A stretch of DNA of 64,000 nt from Tubulanus polymorphus (Eukaryota; Animalia; Nemertea), in contig NC_134032.1 of NCBI RefSeq assembly GCF_964204645.1, positions 15,798,275 to 15,862,274 of the forward strand, read 5' to 3'. A program made the translations under genes and the position numbers. Every line of letters begins with the position of its first letter. The first letter of the stretch is position 1. The notes below the pieces were generated by a model. The model searched no databases, was not told the DNA's origin, and worked only from the letters and a program-made list of their open reading frames with translations. Positions 61,785 to 64,000 of the stretch are shown piece by piece.

Positions 61785-62357
61785 CATCTACTCCCAGTGA
61801 GACGCTGTCTGGTGAACTCAACATCCAAGTGCTGCAGAATCTACTCCCAGTGAGACACTGTCTGGTGAACTCAACATCCAAGTGCTACAGAATCTACCCC
61901 CAGTGAGACACTGTCTGGTGAACTCAACATCCAAGTGCTGCAGAATCTACTCCCAGTGAGACACTGTCTGGTGAACTCAACATCCAAGTGCTGCAGAATC
62001 TACCCCCAGTGAGACACTGTCTGGTGAACTCAACATCCAAGTGCTGCAGAATCTACTCCCAGTGAGACACTGTCTGGTGAACTCAACATCCAAGTGCTGC
62101 AGAATCTACCCCCAGTGAGACACTGTCTGGTGAACTCAACATCCAAGTGCTGCAGAATCTACCCCCAGTGAGACACTGTCTGGTGAACTCAACATCCTCC
62201 AAGCTCTGCAGAATCTACCCCCAGTGAGACACTGTCTGGTGAACTCAACATCCAAGTGCTGCAGAATCTACCCCCAGTGAGACACTGTCTGGTGAACTCA
62301 ACATCCTCCAAGCTCTGCAGAATCTACCCCCTGTGAGAAGCTGTCTGGTGAACTCAT
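61785..62357. repeat. 53-bp satellite, array 2
   Basis: Same unit, separated from array 1 by about 1.3 kb of unique DNA. Confidence 0.98.
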
Positions 62358-62452
62358 CGGTATCACACTGCAAATGACATTGAAATGAGAATATTCTATT
62401 AAACTGCCATTGTGTCAATTTGTTTATGTGATGACTCAACCATCTTGCATTT

Positions 62453-62580
62453 ATCCCCTCTCCCTCTCCCTACCTCAACTGATCCCCCTCCCCACCTCAA
62501 CTGATCCCCCTCCCCACCTCAACTCATCCCCCTCCCCACCTCAACCTCATCCCCCTCCCCACCTCAACTCATCCCCTCAA
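62453..62580. repeat. C-rich tandem repeat of about 23 bp
   Basis: CCCCCTCCCCACCTCAACTCAT. Confidence 0.85.
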
Positions 62581-64000
62581 CCAAAACTTCTCATGTATTC
62601 TTGTCTTTAATCATCCGCCACATGTCTTCAATCCTATCAATTACAGCCACCTTTTGATTTCTTCTAAACCTAACATAAATAAGTACTAATTATCCTTTAA
62701 CCTAACTAAACCTTTACAGTTAAAAGGTGGTTGTTATAGATAGTTATTTTGGACAATAGGCTCAATCAACCAAATTTCACGGGCCCAGAAAATCTGTTAG
62801 TTATAACCGATATAAGTGTGGAATTAATCAAATTGTTTTACTTGGGACAAAATTCTATATATTTGTTGAAATCCGACGAATCGTTGTATCTGAGTTTGTA
62901 TTTATTTGTATAAATGTTATATATGTATTATTTGTAGTAATCTGTGATGCTGCTAAACCTGTTGGAATAATTCCACCAGATGATGAAATTCTTGTATCAA
63001 TTTGATGTACATCAATAAATATATGTATTATCGTGTTGTTTGTTTATCGCGGGATCCGTGGTGAGTTTCAATCACTGCGACTCCCAGCCGCAGACTCTGA
63101 TTTCAATTAAACACTTTCAAACCACTCTTCCATCGCAAACAAAACCCGTTTCAAGTTTTAGCTTTGGACAGGTTTTAGAACACGATGAAAAGGGTTTGCA
63201 CGTGTTTTCTGTAAGTCCCAACCCTAGGTTATTGCCATCGTTTGTTCCGGTTCCGTGTCCAAACTATCCAATGTCAGATGGACTGGTTCCGGTGTATTGG
63301 TGGCGAACTGCGGGTTCGGACTACGTAGACAACAGATTCCGTTTCCACTTCACGGGTCATCCTCGCTTTCGCAAACCCTTAAGCGAGCGCTGATTGGTCG
63401 GACACCACGTGTCATTTGTTACAAGTGCTGTGATTGGTACTACCGGATTCAGGTCGGTAACGACTCGCGGTGTCATGGGCAACGCCGGCGCTTGCAAAGT
63501 GAGTTCGAATCCTTTGACCGGTGAATGAAAATGCTTCACGGTTTCGGGCCAGGTGGAAACAGGTGTCCGTTGGTTGGTCCTATACGTGAAAACTCCTACT
63601 ATCCAGAATAAAACAGTTAACTATTTTCATCTTAATGTTCTATCATGGGAATAAAACAATGTTACGACACAATGAAAGATTTAGAAATATCGAACACGCA
63701 CTAAAAAACTTCAAACGGTAATTACCGTGTTTATAACAACTGACTGAATGGTATTTAGGAGAAAACTGAATTATTGTCTTTACGTGTCATAGAAATAAAA
63801 CCAACATATATGTTAAACCCTTAATGTAAAACTGAATGTTCGGAGTAATTTAGACTTTTGTTTCCTTGTTTTATTTCGGGTTTTTTATTGTGAGATTGAC
63901 ACGCGACGTTTGATAGTGAAGTCATCGAAATATTGGTTTTTATTTAAAAGTTTTATTCATAGTTTGATTTATCAGTTTATATCAATATCCCGGAACAGAA

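Overview
AT-rich, repeat-dense eukaryotic (invertebrate-like) genomic DNA; most ORFs in the six-frame track are spurious. The main finding is a 20-exon + strand gene (ATG 1847 to TAG 39344, about 500 aa), assembled by eye from splice signals and almost invisible in the ORF track. Its first 16 exons are 27-81 nt, all multiples of 3 and all phase 0. Several share homologous intron flanks but carry diverged coding sequence, and 14 of 16 carry an S/T-P site. They are followed by a short acidic, probably helical segment, a Pro-rich segment and a basic C-terminus with an NLS. This is a micro-exon-gene (MEG)-like architecture, but in an apparently nuclear rather than secreted protein. The introns contain a recent 2.7-kb duplication that copied three exons, a 47-bp satellite matching a Harbinger-type MITE, a decayed Penelope-like retroelement, CR1/L2-type LINE fragments and many MITEs. 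The region from about 39.8 to 62.6 kb is a mosaic of more than 12 tandem arrays. It also holds a four-copy intron module with non-coding exons, a 620-bp-arm inverted repeat, and tRNA- and 5S-like remnants. No database searches were possible; the product is unidentified.
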